64,000 bases of DNA, taken from positions 65,968,001-66,032,000 of the forward strand of contig CM059427.1 of the NCBI GenBank assembly GCA_030390025.1, given 5' to 3'. The stretch's first letter is position 1; every line of letters starts with the position of its first letter. The DNA comes from Squalus acanthias (lineage: Eukaryota). The notes beneath the pieces are model-generated. The model ran no database searches. It had not been told where the DNA came from and saw nothing but the letters and a program-made list of their open reading frames with translations. The position numbers and the translations under genes were made by a program. Shown here in pieces: positions 39,156 through 51,404 of this stretch.

Positions 39156-42100
39156 TTTAAATTCGTTTATGGGATGTGGGCGTCGCTGGCAATTTATTGC
39201 CCATCCCTAATTGCCCTTGTGGTGAGCTGCCTTCTTGAACTGCTGCAGTCCGTGTGGTGAAGATACTCCCACAGTGCTGTCAGGTAGGGAGTTCCAGGAT
39301 TTTGACCCAGCGACGATGAAGGATCGGCAATATACTTCTAAGTCAGGATGGTGTGTGACTTGGAGGAGAACTTGGAGGTGGTGGTGTTCCCCATGCGCCT
39401 GCTGCCCTTGTCCTTCTAGATGGGAGAGGTCGTGAGTTTGGGAGGTGCTGCCGAAGAAGCCTTGGTGAGTTGCTGCAGTGCGTCTTGTAGATGGTACACA
39501 CTGTAGCCACGGTATGCTGGTGGTGGAGGGGGTGAATGATTAAGGTGGTGGATGGGGTGTCAATCAAGTGGGCTGCTTTGTCCTGGATGGTGTCGAGCTT
39601 CTTGAGTGTTGTTGGAGCTGCACTCATCCAGGCAAGTGGAGAGTATTCCATCACACTCCTTACTTGTGCCTTGTAGATGGTAGAAAGGCCTTGGGGAGTC
39701 AGGAGGTGAGACACTCGCCGCAGAATACCCAGCCTCTGACCTGCTCTTGTTGCCACAGTATTTGTGTGGCTGGTCCAGTTAAGTTTCTGGTCAATGGTGA
39801 CCCCCTGGATGTTGGTGGGAGATTTGGCGATGGTAATGCCGTTAAATGTCATGGGGCAGTGGTTAGACTCTCGCTTGTTGGAGATAGTCATTGCCTGGCA
39901 CTTCTGTGGTGCGAATGTTACCTGCCACTTATCAGCCCAAGCCTGATTGTCGTCCAGTTCTTGTTGCATGTGGGCATGGACTGCTTCATTATCTGAGGAG
40001 TTGTGAATGGCGCTGGACACTGTGCAGTCATCAGCGAACATCCCCATTTCTGACTATGTTGGAGGGAAGGTCATTGATGAAGCAGCTGAAGGTGGTTGGG
40101 CTTAGGACACTGCCCTGAGGAACTCCTGCAGCGATGTCCTGGGGCTGTGATGATTGACCTTCAACCACCACAACCATCTTCCTTTGTGCTAGGTATGACT
40201 CCAGCCAGTGGAGAGTCCACCCCCCCCCCCGATTCCCATTGACTTCAGTTTTACTTGTGCTCCTTCATGCCACACTCGGTCAAATGCTGCCTTGATGTCA
40301 AGGGCAGTCACTCTCTCCTCACCTCTGGAATTCAGCTCCTTTGTTCATGTTTGGACCAAGGCTGTAATGAGGTTGGGAGCCGAGTGGTCTTGGCGGAACC
40401 CAAACTGGGCATCAGTGAGCAGGTTATTGGTCATGATGTGGAGATGCCGGCGTTGGACTGGGGTGGACAAAAGTGAGAAGTCGCACAAGGTTATTGGTGA
40501 GTAAGTGCCGCTTGATAGCACTGTTGATGACACCTTCCATCACTTTGATGATTGAGAGTAGAATGATGGGGCAGTAATTGGCTGGATTGGATTTGTCCTG
40601 CTTTTTGTGGACAAGACATACCTGGAAAGTTTGCCACATTGTCGGATAGATGCCAGTCTTGTAGCTGTACAGGAACAGCTTGGCTCGAGGCGCGGCTAGT
40701 TCTGCAGCACAAGTCTTCAGCACGATAGCTGTGATGTTGTCGGGGCCCAAAGCCTTTGCTGTATCCAGTGCGCTCAACCGTTCTTGATATCACGTGGAGT
40801 GAATCAAATTGGCTGAAGACTGGCTTCTGTGATGGTGGGGACCTCAGAAGTTGGCCGATATAGATCATCCACTCGGCACTTCTGGCTGAAGGTGGTTGCA
40901 AACACTTCAGCCTTGTCTTTTGCACTCACCTGCTGGGCTCCACCGTCATTGAAGATGGGGATATTTATGGAGCCGCCTCCTCCTCCCATTAATTGTTCAA
41001 TGGTCCACCAGCATTCACGACTGGATGTGGCAGGACTGCAGAGCTTTGATCTGATCGTTTGATTGTGGGATCGCTTACCCCTGTCTATAGCATGCAGCTT
41101 CCCCAGGTTGGCACCTCATTTTTAGGTACGCCTGGTGTTGCTTCTGGCATGCTCTTCTACACTCCTCATTGAACCAGGGTTGGTCCCCTAGCTTGAATGC
41201 AATGGGTAGAGTGAGGGATATGCCAGGCCATGAGGTTACAGATTGTGGTGGAATACAATTCTGTTGCTGCTGCTGATGGCCCACAGCACCTCATGGATGC
41301 CCAGTTTTGAGCTGCTAGAACTGTTCTGAATCTATCCCATTTAGCACGGTGGTAGTGCCACGCAACACGATGGAGAGTGTCCTCAGTGTGAAGACGGGAC
41401 TTCGTCTCCACAATTACTGTGCAGTGGTCACTGCTACCAATACTATCATGGACAGATGCATCAGCGACAGGTATGTTGGTGAGGACGAGGTCCAGTCGGT
41501 TTTTCCCTCTTGTTGGTTCTCTCACCACCTGTCGCAGGCCCAGACTGGCAGCTATGTCCTTCAGGACTCGGCCAGCTTGGTCAGTAGTGGTGCTACCGAG
41601 CCACTCTTGTCGATGGACATTGAAGTCCCCCACCCAGAGTACATTCTGTGCCCTTGCTACTCTCAGTGCTTCTTCCAAGTGGTGTTCAACATGGAGGAGT
41701 ACTGATTCATCAGCTGAGGGAGGGCGGTCGGTGGCAATCAGCAGGAGGTTTCATTGCCCATGCTTGGCCTGAAGTTAATGTTGAGGACTCCCAGGGCCAC
41801 TCCTTCCCGCCAGTATACCACTGTGCCGCCACTCCAGGGATGCTGATGGCGGAGTTTGGGACATTGGCTGAAAGGTATGATTTTGTGAGTGTGACTATGT
41901 CAGGCTGTTGCTTAACTAGTCTGTGGGACAGCTCTCCCAATTTTGGCAGAAGTCCCCAGATGTTGGTGAGGAGGACTTTGCAGGGTCGACTGAGCTGGGT
42001 GTGCCATTGCCGTGGTCGATCCGCTTTTATTATTATGTTATGTTACAACTGAGTGGCTTGCTAGGCCATTTCAGAGGGTAGTTAAGAGTCAACCACATTG

Positions 42101-42367
42101 CTGTGGGTCTGGAGTCACATACAGGCCAGACCAGGTAAGGACGGCAGATTTCCTTCCCTAAAGGATATTAGTGAACCAGATGGATTTTTGCAACAATCCA
42201 ATAGTTTCATGGTTACCATTACTGATACTAGCTTTTTAATTCCAGATTTAGTTAATTAACTGAATTTAAATTCCCTAGCTGGTGGGATTTGAACTCACGT
42301 CTCCAGATCATTAGTCCAGGCCTCTGGATTACTAGCCCAGTGACATTACCACTGTGCTACTGTTCCC
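39156..42367 (-). mobile_element. Full-length single-ORF LINE (APE + RT, decayed) with tRNA-derived SINE-like 5' head
   Basis: A-box TAGCACAGTGG (42359-42349) and B-box GAGTTCAAATCCC (42296-42284). APE start KVLLTNIWGL...QPDIVTLT at ~41980, then VGDFNVH, LDLVLT, SDH, RT MFADD. 3' tail as in 6270-6330. Confidence 0.85.
40432..40487 (-). repeat. 56-bp 5'-truncated retroposed insertion (same family as 63451-63586)
   Basis: 11-bp TSD AGGTTATTGGT (40421-40431, 40488-40498). Sequence matches 63451-63506. Confidence 0.85.
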
Positions 42368-42554
42368 ATGAAGCACACTTGTCTGCACATTCACAATGTA
42401 ATCCCCTCATCATATAAACATAACTCAACAAAAAAATGGAAATTTTTGCCACTGGAAAATTACATTCAGGGAATGATAACATCACTGTGGTTGGCTTGTG
42501 CTTTGTTCTGTAACTGACAGAATTATGGCTCATTTTTTTTCATTGGAAAAAGAA

Positions 42555-42770
42555 CTAAGTTGCATTTATATTGTGCCTTTCACAACCTCAGGACATCCAA
42601 AGCACTTCACAGACAATGAACGACTTATTAAAGTGTAATTGTTGTTGTAATGTGGGGTAATGCAGCTGCTAATTTGCACACAGCAAGATCCCACAAATAG
42701 CAACAAATAAATAACCAATTAAACTGCTTTATTGATGTTGATTTAGTGATAATTATTAACTAGGACACTA
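42555..42770 (-). repeat. DeuSINE 3' half
   Basis: TTGCATTTATA...AATTTGCACACAGCAAGATCCCACAAA. Confidence 0.65.
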
Positions 42771-43567
42771 AATGAGCCTAAATTTGGCATATTTGCACTG
42801 CTAGCTCAAGTGATGTAATTCTTTCCATACATGTAATCACCAATGATGTGACCCTTGTGGTTGGAAAAAATTGTTGCTTGTAAGCTGGACTTTTCCACAG
42901 TGCAGTGACCGAAAACCTTTTTGGTTTTGGTTTGGGAGCAAATGTGAAGAATAAGAGTCGTCTCTGGCATTCAGATAAGGGACACACCATGAATTTGATG
43001 GTGGCATTCACGGAGAGTTTGAAGGATTCTCCTCTATTCAGGTAGGCTAATATCTCTCAAAATGCATTTCCATTGTATGGACTTGGGGAATATACCTTGG
43101 GCTCTCAACACAGGAGCCTCCATACACAAAACAACACCCTCACCATGAATAGTTTTGAATTTCCGATGACCCACTGTAGTGGAATGCATATTGAGTTTAT
43201 AAGTCACAGAAATACAAAATGGAGGTGGTTTGTTTTATAAATGTTAATGATTTGAAAACTCTCGTAATTTTATTTAACATGCCTGTGGATAAATAACGGT
43301 AGAGATAAAATCCGATTAACTAGAGTGTCATGTTAAAAAATTACATATTAAGTTTTAGGAGTAGTGGGTCACGGCTCACAGGCATGTGTTAATGGTTCCA
43401 GTGATTCCCCCACGTAGAAAAGTTGGAAAACCACTCTTCATGTGATAAAATTGCTTCAGGTTCAGTTTGTATATAAACTTTTTGGTGTCATCTAATATAT
43501 GTAGTGTGTTTTCTGCTTGTAAGAGAGTATTGCATTACAGAGTTCAGTTTCAGAATTGTTGGGAACA

Positions 43568-43905
43568 GGGGGTGCAATGGCTCGGACACTGGCCCTACAG
43601 CTCTTGGCTCTGGGTTTGAATCCAGACCAGAACAAAGGTATGAATTCATCCTCTGTTGGTTGTAAGGGTCTTATGTGAAATGAATTTGAGCATTGCCCAG
43701 ATCACCAAAGTTGGTTGCTAATTGGACAAAAGGAGCATTCTCAGTCGAAGAGGCCACGGGTATAGGAAATGGAAGGATGAAGTCCAGTGTGCTGTAATGG
43801 ATGTGTTTGAGGGGTTGGGGCCCAAGCGTTTGGTTAGAGCCTGAAACAGAATGTGTTCCATTTCTCACGGTCAACATTTCTCACCTTGAGCACAAAATTC
43901 ACAGA
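43568..43905 (+). repeat. LF-SINE-like element
   Basis: tRNA-like head (GGGTTTGAATCCAG), TATGTGAAATGA, CTAATTGG, TCTCAG..GAGGCCA, and 3' GAGCACAAAATTCAC, as in the recalled LF-SINE consensus. Confidence 0.6.
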
Positions 43906-44062
43906 ACAAAAAGTCGTCAACAAATGTTAAAATCATAAATACAGTTTGGTATCTTTGAGTACCTGAATAAAGAGACCCTTTTCCAAAGTTTACAGATCAA
44001 ACAAAGATTTTTTTGGTCAAATACAACTTTTATTTATTAATTTGTTTCTCATTTCTCAACAG

Positions 44063-44133
44063 TCAAAGAAGGTGCAGGTGCTGTCGATGAGGCTGATTTT
44101 ATCCGTGCATTTGAGGAAGTTCCAACAGTGCAG
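44063..44133 (+). CDS. CLASP1: CLASP1 exon (VKEGAGAVDEADFIRAFEEVPTVQ)
   Basis: CAG acceptor, GTAATC donor, phase 1-0. Matches KEGAGAVDEEDFIKAFDDVPVVQ. Confidence 0.93.
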
Positions 44134-45371
44134 GTAATCTTAGAATCAGAGAAAGTTATAGCAGATTCGTCCTTTATCTTCAGTTCCTCACGAAGCTGTG
44201 TTTTATCTGAGAACCAGAAATCTGTTATTTGGAAGGTTTAGATGTGTGTTAATTGTGCTGTTGAAAAGAATCTAGTTTGCGTTTTGAGTGTCTTGGAATA
44301 TTTTGTAATGAAGGCTAAGGTTAAAAGTGAGCAGTATTGTACCTATGTAACTCGAGACTTAGACTTGGAGGAACATCCCTAACATAGGCAAAACTTCCAT
44401 TAAGCAGTTTAAAAGACCATGATCATTATTTATTGAATCTGCTGGAACTCATTTTACATGTAACCTCCAACAACCATCGTGAAAAGTTCACCTATTATGT
44501 TTATGGTACTGCTGTAATCAACAGTGCAGCCTATCCTTTGTTACGATAAAAATGAAATGCCCTCAGTTTACCTTGAAAACGACAGTTAATTAAGATTAAT
44601 TCCATGTAAGTGTAAAATCAGGAACTTTTATAGCTGAAAGGAATGAACTTTTGGCTCCTATGTTACATGTTCTGCTTACATGTACTATATACAACTTAAA
44701 TGGGCTAAACCATGATGTGCTCTCCCTTGTCCTCCTTTACCTCTAACAAGGCATTTGACCATGTCATCCTCCTCCACCTCCACTCCGCCATGAAGTGACT
44801 TGGGATGCTTTTTTAAGTCAAAGGCATTATATAAATGCAATCTGTTATAATGTACAATGTCACTGAGTGATCAGCATTGGAGGTTAATTTGTGTTTTTTA
44901 AACTATTTTCTTTAATAGGCACCAATTGTGCAATACTTTGTTTTATGAGTGCAACTTGAAGTTTCACTTAGCCGAGTAAAGATGTTGTACAATGTATGTA
45001 GGTTCCAACTGTGGTCACCTTTAATAGAGGTTGCATAAATTATTTTATTTTTAATGTTAATTTTATATAAGCAAGCATATTTGCTAGAAAGTTGAAATAG
45101 TTAATAAATATCTAAAATGTTATATCTGTTGATTAGTATTTTGTACATTCATGACCTACAATTATTTCAGGATCACAAATGCAATAAGTTATTGGTATTA
45201 CTTTTTTAAATTATTATTTTAATCACATGTTCTTGCTGCACAGCTCAGTTTTGTTTCTTCTCTACAGTGAATGAATGTAATAAAACAAGGAAAATTATTT
45301 TTGTGTAAAAAGCCAAAAAATTGATGCAACACACTAACTTGAGTTCTGTCTTCTATTTATTTTTTTATTAG

Positions 45372-45464
45372 ATATTTTCCAATAGAGACCTCGAAGAATC
45401 CATCAACAAAATTAGAGAAATTTTATCAGATGATAAGCACGACTGGGAGCAGCGAGTAACTGCT
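45372..45464 (+). CDS. CLASP1: CLASP1 exon (IFSNRDLEESINKIREILSDDKHDWEQRVTA), TOG2 start
   Basis: TAG acceptor, GTAAGT donor, 93 nt, phase 0-0. Confidence 0.95.
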
Positions 45465-45724
45465 GTAAGTCTTTGACCCTTTGGATCTGGCGTTCTTGTC
45501 AACTGTTCCATGTTTTCTTTTAAATCTGGTTGCTTTTGAACTTTCAATGTTTTTATCTTGACTCTGGCACTGAATAATATTACTTTTTTTTAATACAATG
45601 AAAATGTAACTTTTATTGGAAGATGTTTCTATACAAATCTTGACAATGGTGTGCAATAATGTAAGAATATCAATCACTGGATGGGGAAGAATTCAGCATT
45701 TACTTTACAATACAACTGAAAACG

Positions 45725-46085
45725 AGGAATTTTTCTCCCCTATTCTATTGTTCTTTCCCACGGCCTCTTAAGACATTTTCTCCTTGCTGGTTCCATGGTA
45801 GCCAGTTTCACTGTAGTACCTCATCCTTATGGTCATTCTTCATTTGTAAGCCCAGACGATAAGTATCAGCAGGCTATTCAACTTTGGATTCTTTCCTCAC
45901 TTGGTGATCAGGAGCAAGAACCTTGTCCTGCTTTCCTTTCCCTAACCCAGGGTACTGAGGCCAATCGTAGCTCCTGCTGCTGAGATTAGCAACTGAGCAC
46001 ATACCGAGGTGAAACTTAAGATCTTCCTGATCTGTATCTGTCGGCTACTTACTGACCTTAAATAGCTGAGCCTTTGGAGGAGCAC
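45725..46085 (-). repeat. AmnSINE2-like SINE
   Basis: TGGTCATTCTTCATTTG...CCCTAACCCAGGGTACTGAGGCCAATCGTAGC. Confidence 0.55.
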
Positions 46086-46723
46086 CTTTTTTAAATAAAA
46101 GAAACTAACTTTATCCAGTTATTTGAAATGCTAAAGGACAGGGTATGGATGCTAATGGGCTGTTTGATTCGTACTATGAACTAGAAAGTGCAGGTTCAGG
46201 AAGAGCAAGCCTCAATGAGGACTAGAGATTAGAAGGTTTATTTTCCTTTGCAAATTTGTGGCTGTATGGAACAGGCTACTTGCAAAAGCTGTTGGTGCTA
46301 TGTTCTTTAAAGCCTTCAAAAACAAACTAGATCAAATCTTATTGGGAACAGGGCTGACCGTTATACGGGTAATTAAGGATGTACATAACAAACAACACTT
46401 GGGACACAATGGTGCTTCCACTGCTGGGCGGAGAGGGCGCGCTGTCTTCTGTGGAGGGCAGCTGAGCGTGGTTGAATAATGGAAATACGAGGATGGATAG
46501 ATGGTCTGAAGTTTAGCTGCGAGTATTTATGCAGAATTTTTCTGAAGGAGATTCATGTGAACAGAAGAGTCCAGAATAGGCTATATTTGTTGTACACTTA
46601 TGGAAAGCTTAGAAATCCAGGGTTAAATGAGCTCCTCTCATTCCAAGTTTTCTTGTGTTAACTTCATTTCAATAAAATACTGATAGTTTAGTTTACATAT
46701 AAAACAACTTTTCTTGTTTACAG

Positions 46724-46869
46724 CTTAAAAAGGTTAGATCTCTAATCCTGGGTGGAGCAGCAGAATATGAATCTTTCTTTCAACATCTGCGGCTTTTAGA
46801 TGGAGCATTCAAATTATCAGCAAAAGACCTGCGATCTCAAGTTGTGCGTGAAGCTTGTATAACATTGGG
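46724..46869 (+). CDS. CLASP1: CLASP1 exon (LKKVRSLILGGAAEYESFFQHLRLLDGAFKLSAKDLRSQVVREACITLG)
   Basis: CAG acceptor, GTAAGA donor, phase 0-2. Confidence 0.96.
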
Positions 46870-47099
46870 GTAAGAAATGAAATAGGTTGTGAAATGAACA
46901 TGATCAACTGGATGGTAAACCTTGCCAATTGCAATAAGTATTAGAGATTTGATAACCATGTAATCTGAATTTTAATTGCTGCTGTTGTACTTTTGTTTAT
47001 TTTAAGATCTAGTTTGTGGCAAACAAGGCAGCTATGGTTTTCAACCTGCATGTTAGATTTGCAAATCATAGTTTATTTCTCACCTCATTTGTGTTCGCT

Positions 47100-48070
47100 G
47101 CCCCTCCTGATATGTTCCCTCAGCCTTTGTATTAATTGAAACCCCATCATTTATCCATTTCACTCTCCATCTTGGCTCCTTTTACTCTCTCTCCTCTGAA
47201 TTCATTGTATACCTGTCATCTTAAAGCTCTCCGACCATTATTCAGGCACCCACTCGACCAAGCCACCTCCTGTGGCCTCTGTATTCCTGTGGTCTCGATC
47301 ACTGACAAGGCCATCTCCAACCACTTCTTTGTATCACTCATCAGTCAACTCCATACCCCCTTCCAACCCAAATTTTGTCTGCGTCTGCCCCTGGAAAGAG
47401 CACTTCCTCTCTCTTTGGGGCCCCCCACAACCCCAACCCGAACTTGTTTGCAACTGCAGTTTCAAATTCCCAACTGCCTAGTCTTTGGTCCTCCATTTGC
47501 CATGATACTTCTGCAGCAGTTGATTTGCTCAGCCACTCCCTCAACTTCAAATGTTTCTCTGTCGCTAGCAAAACCTTCACTGTCTCCCTTCCCTGTTGTT
47601 CGTTTCCCGCCTCCCCACCAGTGCAGCCACCATCTTTGCTCCCCAAGACTAACAGGACAGTGTTGAGCTTATCTGGTGCACAACTAGCTTAGTCATCCAT
47701 CACCAGATCTAACTAGATCACATCAAGCTCTATCAGACTTCACTCTCCTCAGCAAAAATTACCCGCTACTCTAGGATCATCTTCGAGAGCAAAGATGACT
47801 CCAGCTTTTTTTCCTCCACTACCAGCAGCTTCTTTAAACCACTTCCCTACCACTCCTACCCTCACCACTAACATCAGGTGTAAAGAGCTTGTGAATTTCT
47901 TGGTCACCGAGGGCGAACACTATCCATTCAGCTGCCTCTGCTGCTTCCGCCTCTTCTGCCTCCCATCTCCCCCAACGTCCTCTCCGTCGTCATCTCATCC
48001 GAGACCCACCTCCTGCTCTCTTGACCCCATTCCTACAAAACTGCTGACCACCCAGCTTCCCTTCCTCATG
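47100..48070 (+). mobile_element. Decayed L2-type LINE fragment
   Basis: Residual PTSCSLDPIPTKLL motif typical of L2 ORF2. Pyrimidine-rich. Confidence 0.55.
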
Positions 48071-48358
48071 ATGTCCCGCGAAGGAAATTGCTTGTACTTT
48101 GGTTCACACAAACCAAAATGTTACTGTTGCATCTTGTGGGGATTGGCATCCTTCTACTCCTGGATGTTGATGCTAGTGTTCCAGTGCAACTTTGAAGTTC
48201 AGGAATTGCGGGAATTAGTAATACTGTCAACATTATGATGGCTGAATGAACATTGATCCATTAAATAAAATCACCTGAGTGGTTCTCTTTCAGATGGGAA
48301 GTCTCTTGTAGGCTGCTTTTTCACTAGGAGAGCTAGGAATACCTTCTCTTTAGTTTAG

Positions 48359-48600
48359 TGTGTCCGCCTTGGCTCACTGGTAGCACTCTCGCCTTTAAGT
48401 CAAAAGGTCATGCGTTTAAGCCCTACTCAAATGAGACCTGAGTGTATAATCTAGGCTGACACTTCAGTGCAGCAACTGAGGGAGCATTGCATTGTCAGAA
48501 GTGCTGTCTTGTGGATGAGTGAGCTGAGGCACCGTCTGCCTCTGCAGATGAATGTAAAAGACTCCATGGCACTATTTGAGAAAGAATGGGTTATTTCTCC
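48359..48600 (+). repeat. DeuSINE 5' part
   Basis: TGGCTCACTGGTAGCACTCTCGCC head and Deu domain start. Confidence 0.7.
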
Positions 48601-48859
48601 CAATGCCCATTTTCTGTATGTATATCACTGTGAAGTGAATTGGGATGTGTTTTTAGGTTATGACTCTTTCAACAAGTTTAATTTATAAAGACAGACACAA
48701 TCTCTTATTTGCAATGCAATAATTTTTTTTTTAAAGTGATGTTTTCAATGTTTTGCTTTTGTGGGAACCTTTATTTTTATTCATAGTTTGAGATCTATTG
48801 CTAAAGTCTCTTCAAATGCTTGATAACCCTAAAGCCTACTTGTCTACCTTTTTCTCTAG

Positions 48860-48995
48860 GTATCTCTCATTTATTCTGGGAAACCGTTTTGATCATGGTG
48901 CAGAATCCATTATGCCAGCACTATTCAATCTTGTTCCTAATAGTGCCAAAATCATAGCCACATCTGGTATAGCAGCTATAAGATTAATTATTCGA
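48860..48995 (+). CDS. CLASP1: CLASP1 exon (YLSFILGNRFDHGAESIMPALFNLVPNSAKIIATSGIAAIRLIIR)
   Basis: TAG acceptor, GTAAGT donor, phase 2-0. Confidence 0.95.
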
Positions 48996-49394
48996 GTAAG
49001 TACACAAAATACTTCTTTCTGTATCATTACTTGATTTTTTTTTTCTCTCAAAAATACACAATTTCAAGGAGGCATTTCTTTCAAACAGCTAAAGTGTACT
49101 TTTAGTGAAAGAAGCAAATTGCCCCAGTAACACATTTTGGGTGCAAAACTCAGTTTCTTGCTACTCCAAACTACACGGGAAACTTCCCATCCAGTGTTTG
49201 TGTTTGTTTATTTTGCCTTTTTTTTGAGACAACATCCCCTCATGATAGGTCAGTTGCACTAGTATAGTCATAAATTGCACCCACAGGTTTCTATCTGTCC
49301 TTGGGACCTTCTGGTTTGCCATTATTCTTGCTCAGCAGCAACTCTGTGATCAGCTGCATCCTAGGGGTTAATTTCTTTCAAGCTAACTAATTTT

Positions 49395-49478
49395 AGAGAA
49401 TTAACTGTGGCTACAATACCATTTATTCAATGCAGTGACACATTAAATAAGTGGTATTGTAGCCACAGTTAATTCTCT
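49395..49478. repeat. Inverted repeat with perfect 27-bp arms
   Basis: AGAGAATTAACTGTGGCTACAATACCA (49395-49421) and its exact reverse complement (49452-49478). Confidence 0.9.
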
Positions 49479-50191
49479 CATTTTAGGGGTTTTTTCCAGT
49501 CATGTTTGGAAAAACAAATTACCTGCTTTTTAAGTAAGCAGTTGTGTTCTGAATTCCAATTATGCATTAGTAGGTAGTTTGCTTTTTGCCGGGAATTAAA
49601 TCGGGAACTATTGAAATTGTGCATAAGCCATTTAAAATTGCTTGGTGAAAAAGATGTTTGTTTTTGACACCATGGGCTGGATTTTCAATGACCTGTGGAG
49701 TCGGGTTTGGAGGTGTGTGGGGGGTTAAAGTTGCAGATTCGGGGGTCCCGACCCCATCCCGCCTCCACGCAATTTTGACAAAATCGGTCGCAGGGTTCTC
49801 GACTCCGTCCCGCCTCCAAGAGGCGGGAGAGGCCATTAAAGCCCTTAACAATCCCTAAATTGGCTCAGTAATGCCATTTTGAAGCATTTTAGGTAGTTTA
49901 ACCCTTTTCTCACGTGAAGCACACCTGATGTGAAACATGCCAGTGAAACCTGGCGGAGCACAAGTGGATTGCTGACTCTCAGCTGCAGCTCAACCTTTAA
50001 ATAGGAGATTTGATCAGCCATCAATTGCAGGTGGCAGGACTTTGTCGTCACAGGTCTGGGGGAACTTTTAGAAGGCATAACCACAGCTCTGGAAGTTTGG
50101 AGCCTGACCCCCATCTGCAGAGTGACCTCCTGGGAAACCCCTCTCGCCACCCTCATTGAGCACTTCCTCAACTGAGACATATACCAGAGGC

Positions 50192-51404
50192 ATGGGAGCC
50201 ATTTATTTCTTTCCCTCCTGGGCATCCGATGAGGACGGACAACAGCCGCGGCACCAGCAGAACCATGAACAACAGCAGCAGCAACAGCAGGAGCGCCAAG
50301 CTGCTGCACACCCACCTGAAGCTGCACAGGACAGAAGGGGCCAGCGCATGGAAGGCCGTCGGTGCAGGAGATACCCCCCAAACAGGGTCTACAGACAGAG
50401 GGTCAGCTACCTCAACATGTCTGAGCAGCAGTGCCAATGGCGGCTCCGACTTTCGCGAGAGGTAGTGGGTGACATCTGCGCAATGCTGCAACAAGACCTG
50501 GAGCCCAGAGGACCAGGTGGACGCCCCTTACCAGTGGCCGTCAAAGTCACCACCGCACTCAACTTTTTTGCCTCAGGCTCATTCCAGGGATCATCAGCAG
50601 CATCTCCCAGGCGGCCGCACACACCTGCATCACGCAGGTAACCGATGCCCTCTTTGCCATCGCGCACAATCACATCCATTTCACCAAGGATCGAGCAAGT
50701 GTCACGGTGCATGCGGTTGGATTAGCTAATCTGGCAGGCTTTCCAAAGGTGCAGGGCGTCATTGACTGCACACATGTGGCCCTTAAGGCACCCCATCGCA
50801 ATCCAGGTATTTTTGTCAACCGCAAGGGCTTCCACTCCCTCAACGTTCAGCTGGTGTGTGACCACAACAAGGAAGTGCTGCATGTTTGTGCCAAGTACCC
50901 TGGCAGTTGCCATGACTCCTTCATACTGCGCCAGTCTAGTGTGCCTCTGCTATTCAGTCCGCCAGACCAACTTCACAGATGGCTACTTGGAGACAAGGGC
51001 TATCCCCTGAAGACATGGCTAATGACGCCGTTGAGGAGCCCATCCAACGCAGCTGAGGAGAGCTACAACTCCAGCCACATTTCCACCAGAGCCATAATCG
51101 AGCAAACCATCGGTATGCTGAAGATGCGCTTCAGATGCCTGGATAGATCAGGTGGAGCCCTGCAATACTCAGCAGCCAGGGTCCCAGAATCGTCGTGGTT
51201 TGCTGTGCACTTCACAACATGGCACAGCGTCGTGGCTTACAGATGCCGGAGGACCAAGTGGCTCCTCACATAGCCTCCTCAGATGAGGAGGAGGAGAGAG
51301 AGAACGAACAACTTGCAGAGGCCCCTCAACCAGCGGCAGCATTATGCGAGACCATAGCTGCCCGGAATGCAAGGAACGCACTCATCTTGGCCAGATTTGC
51401 TTAG
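50192..51404 (+). pseudogene. Harbinger DDE transposase with two frameshifts
   Basis: MGAIYF...[11 protein letters not shown] / [10 protein letters not shown]...VIDCTHV...HDS...GDKGYP...[16 protein letters not shown] / CCALHN. Breaks at ~50595 and ~51185. Confidence 0.9.
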
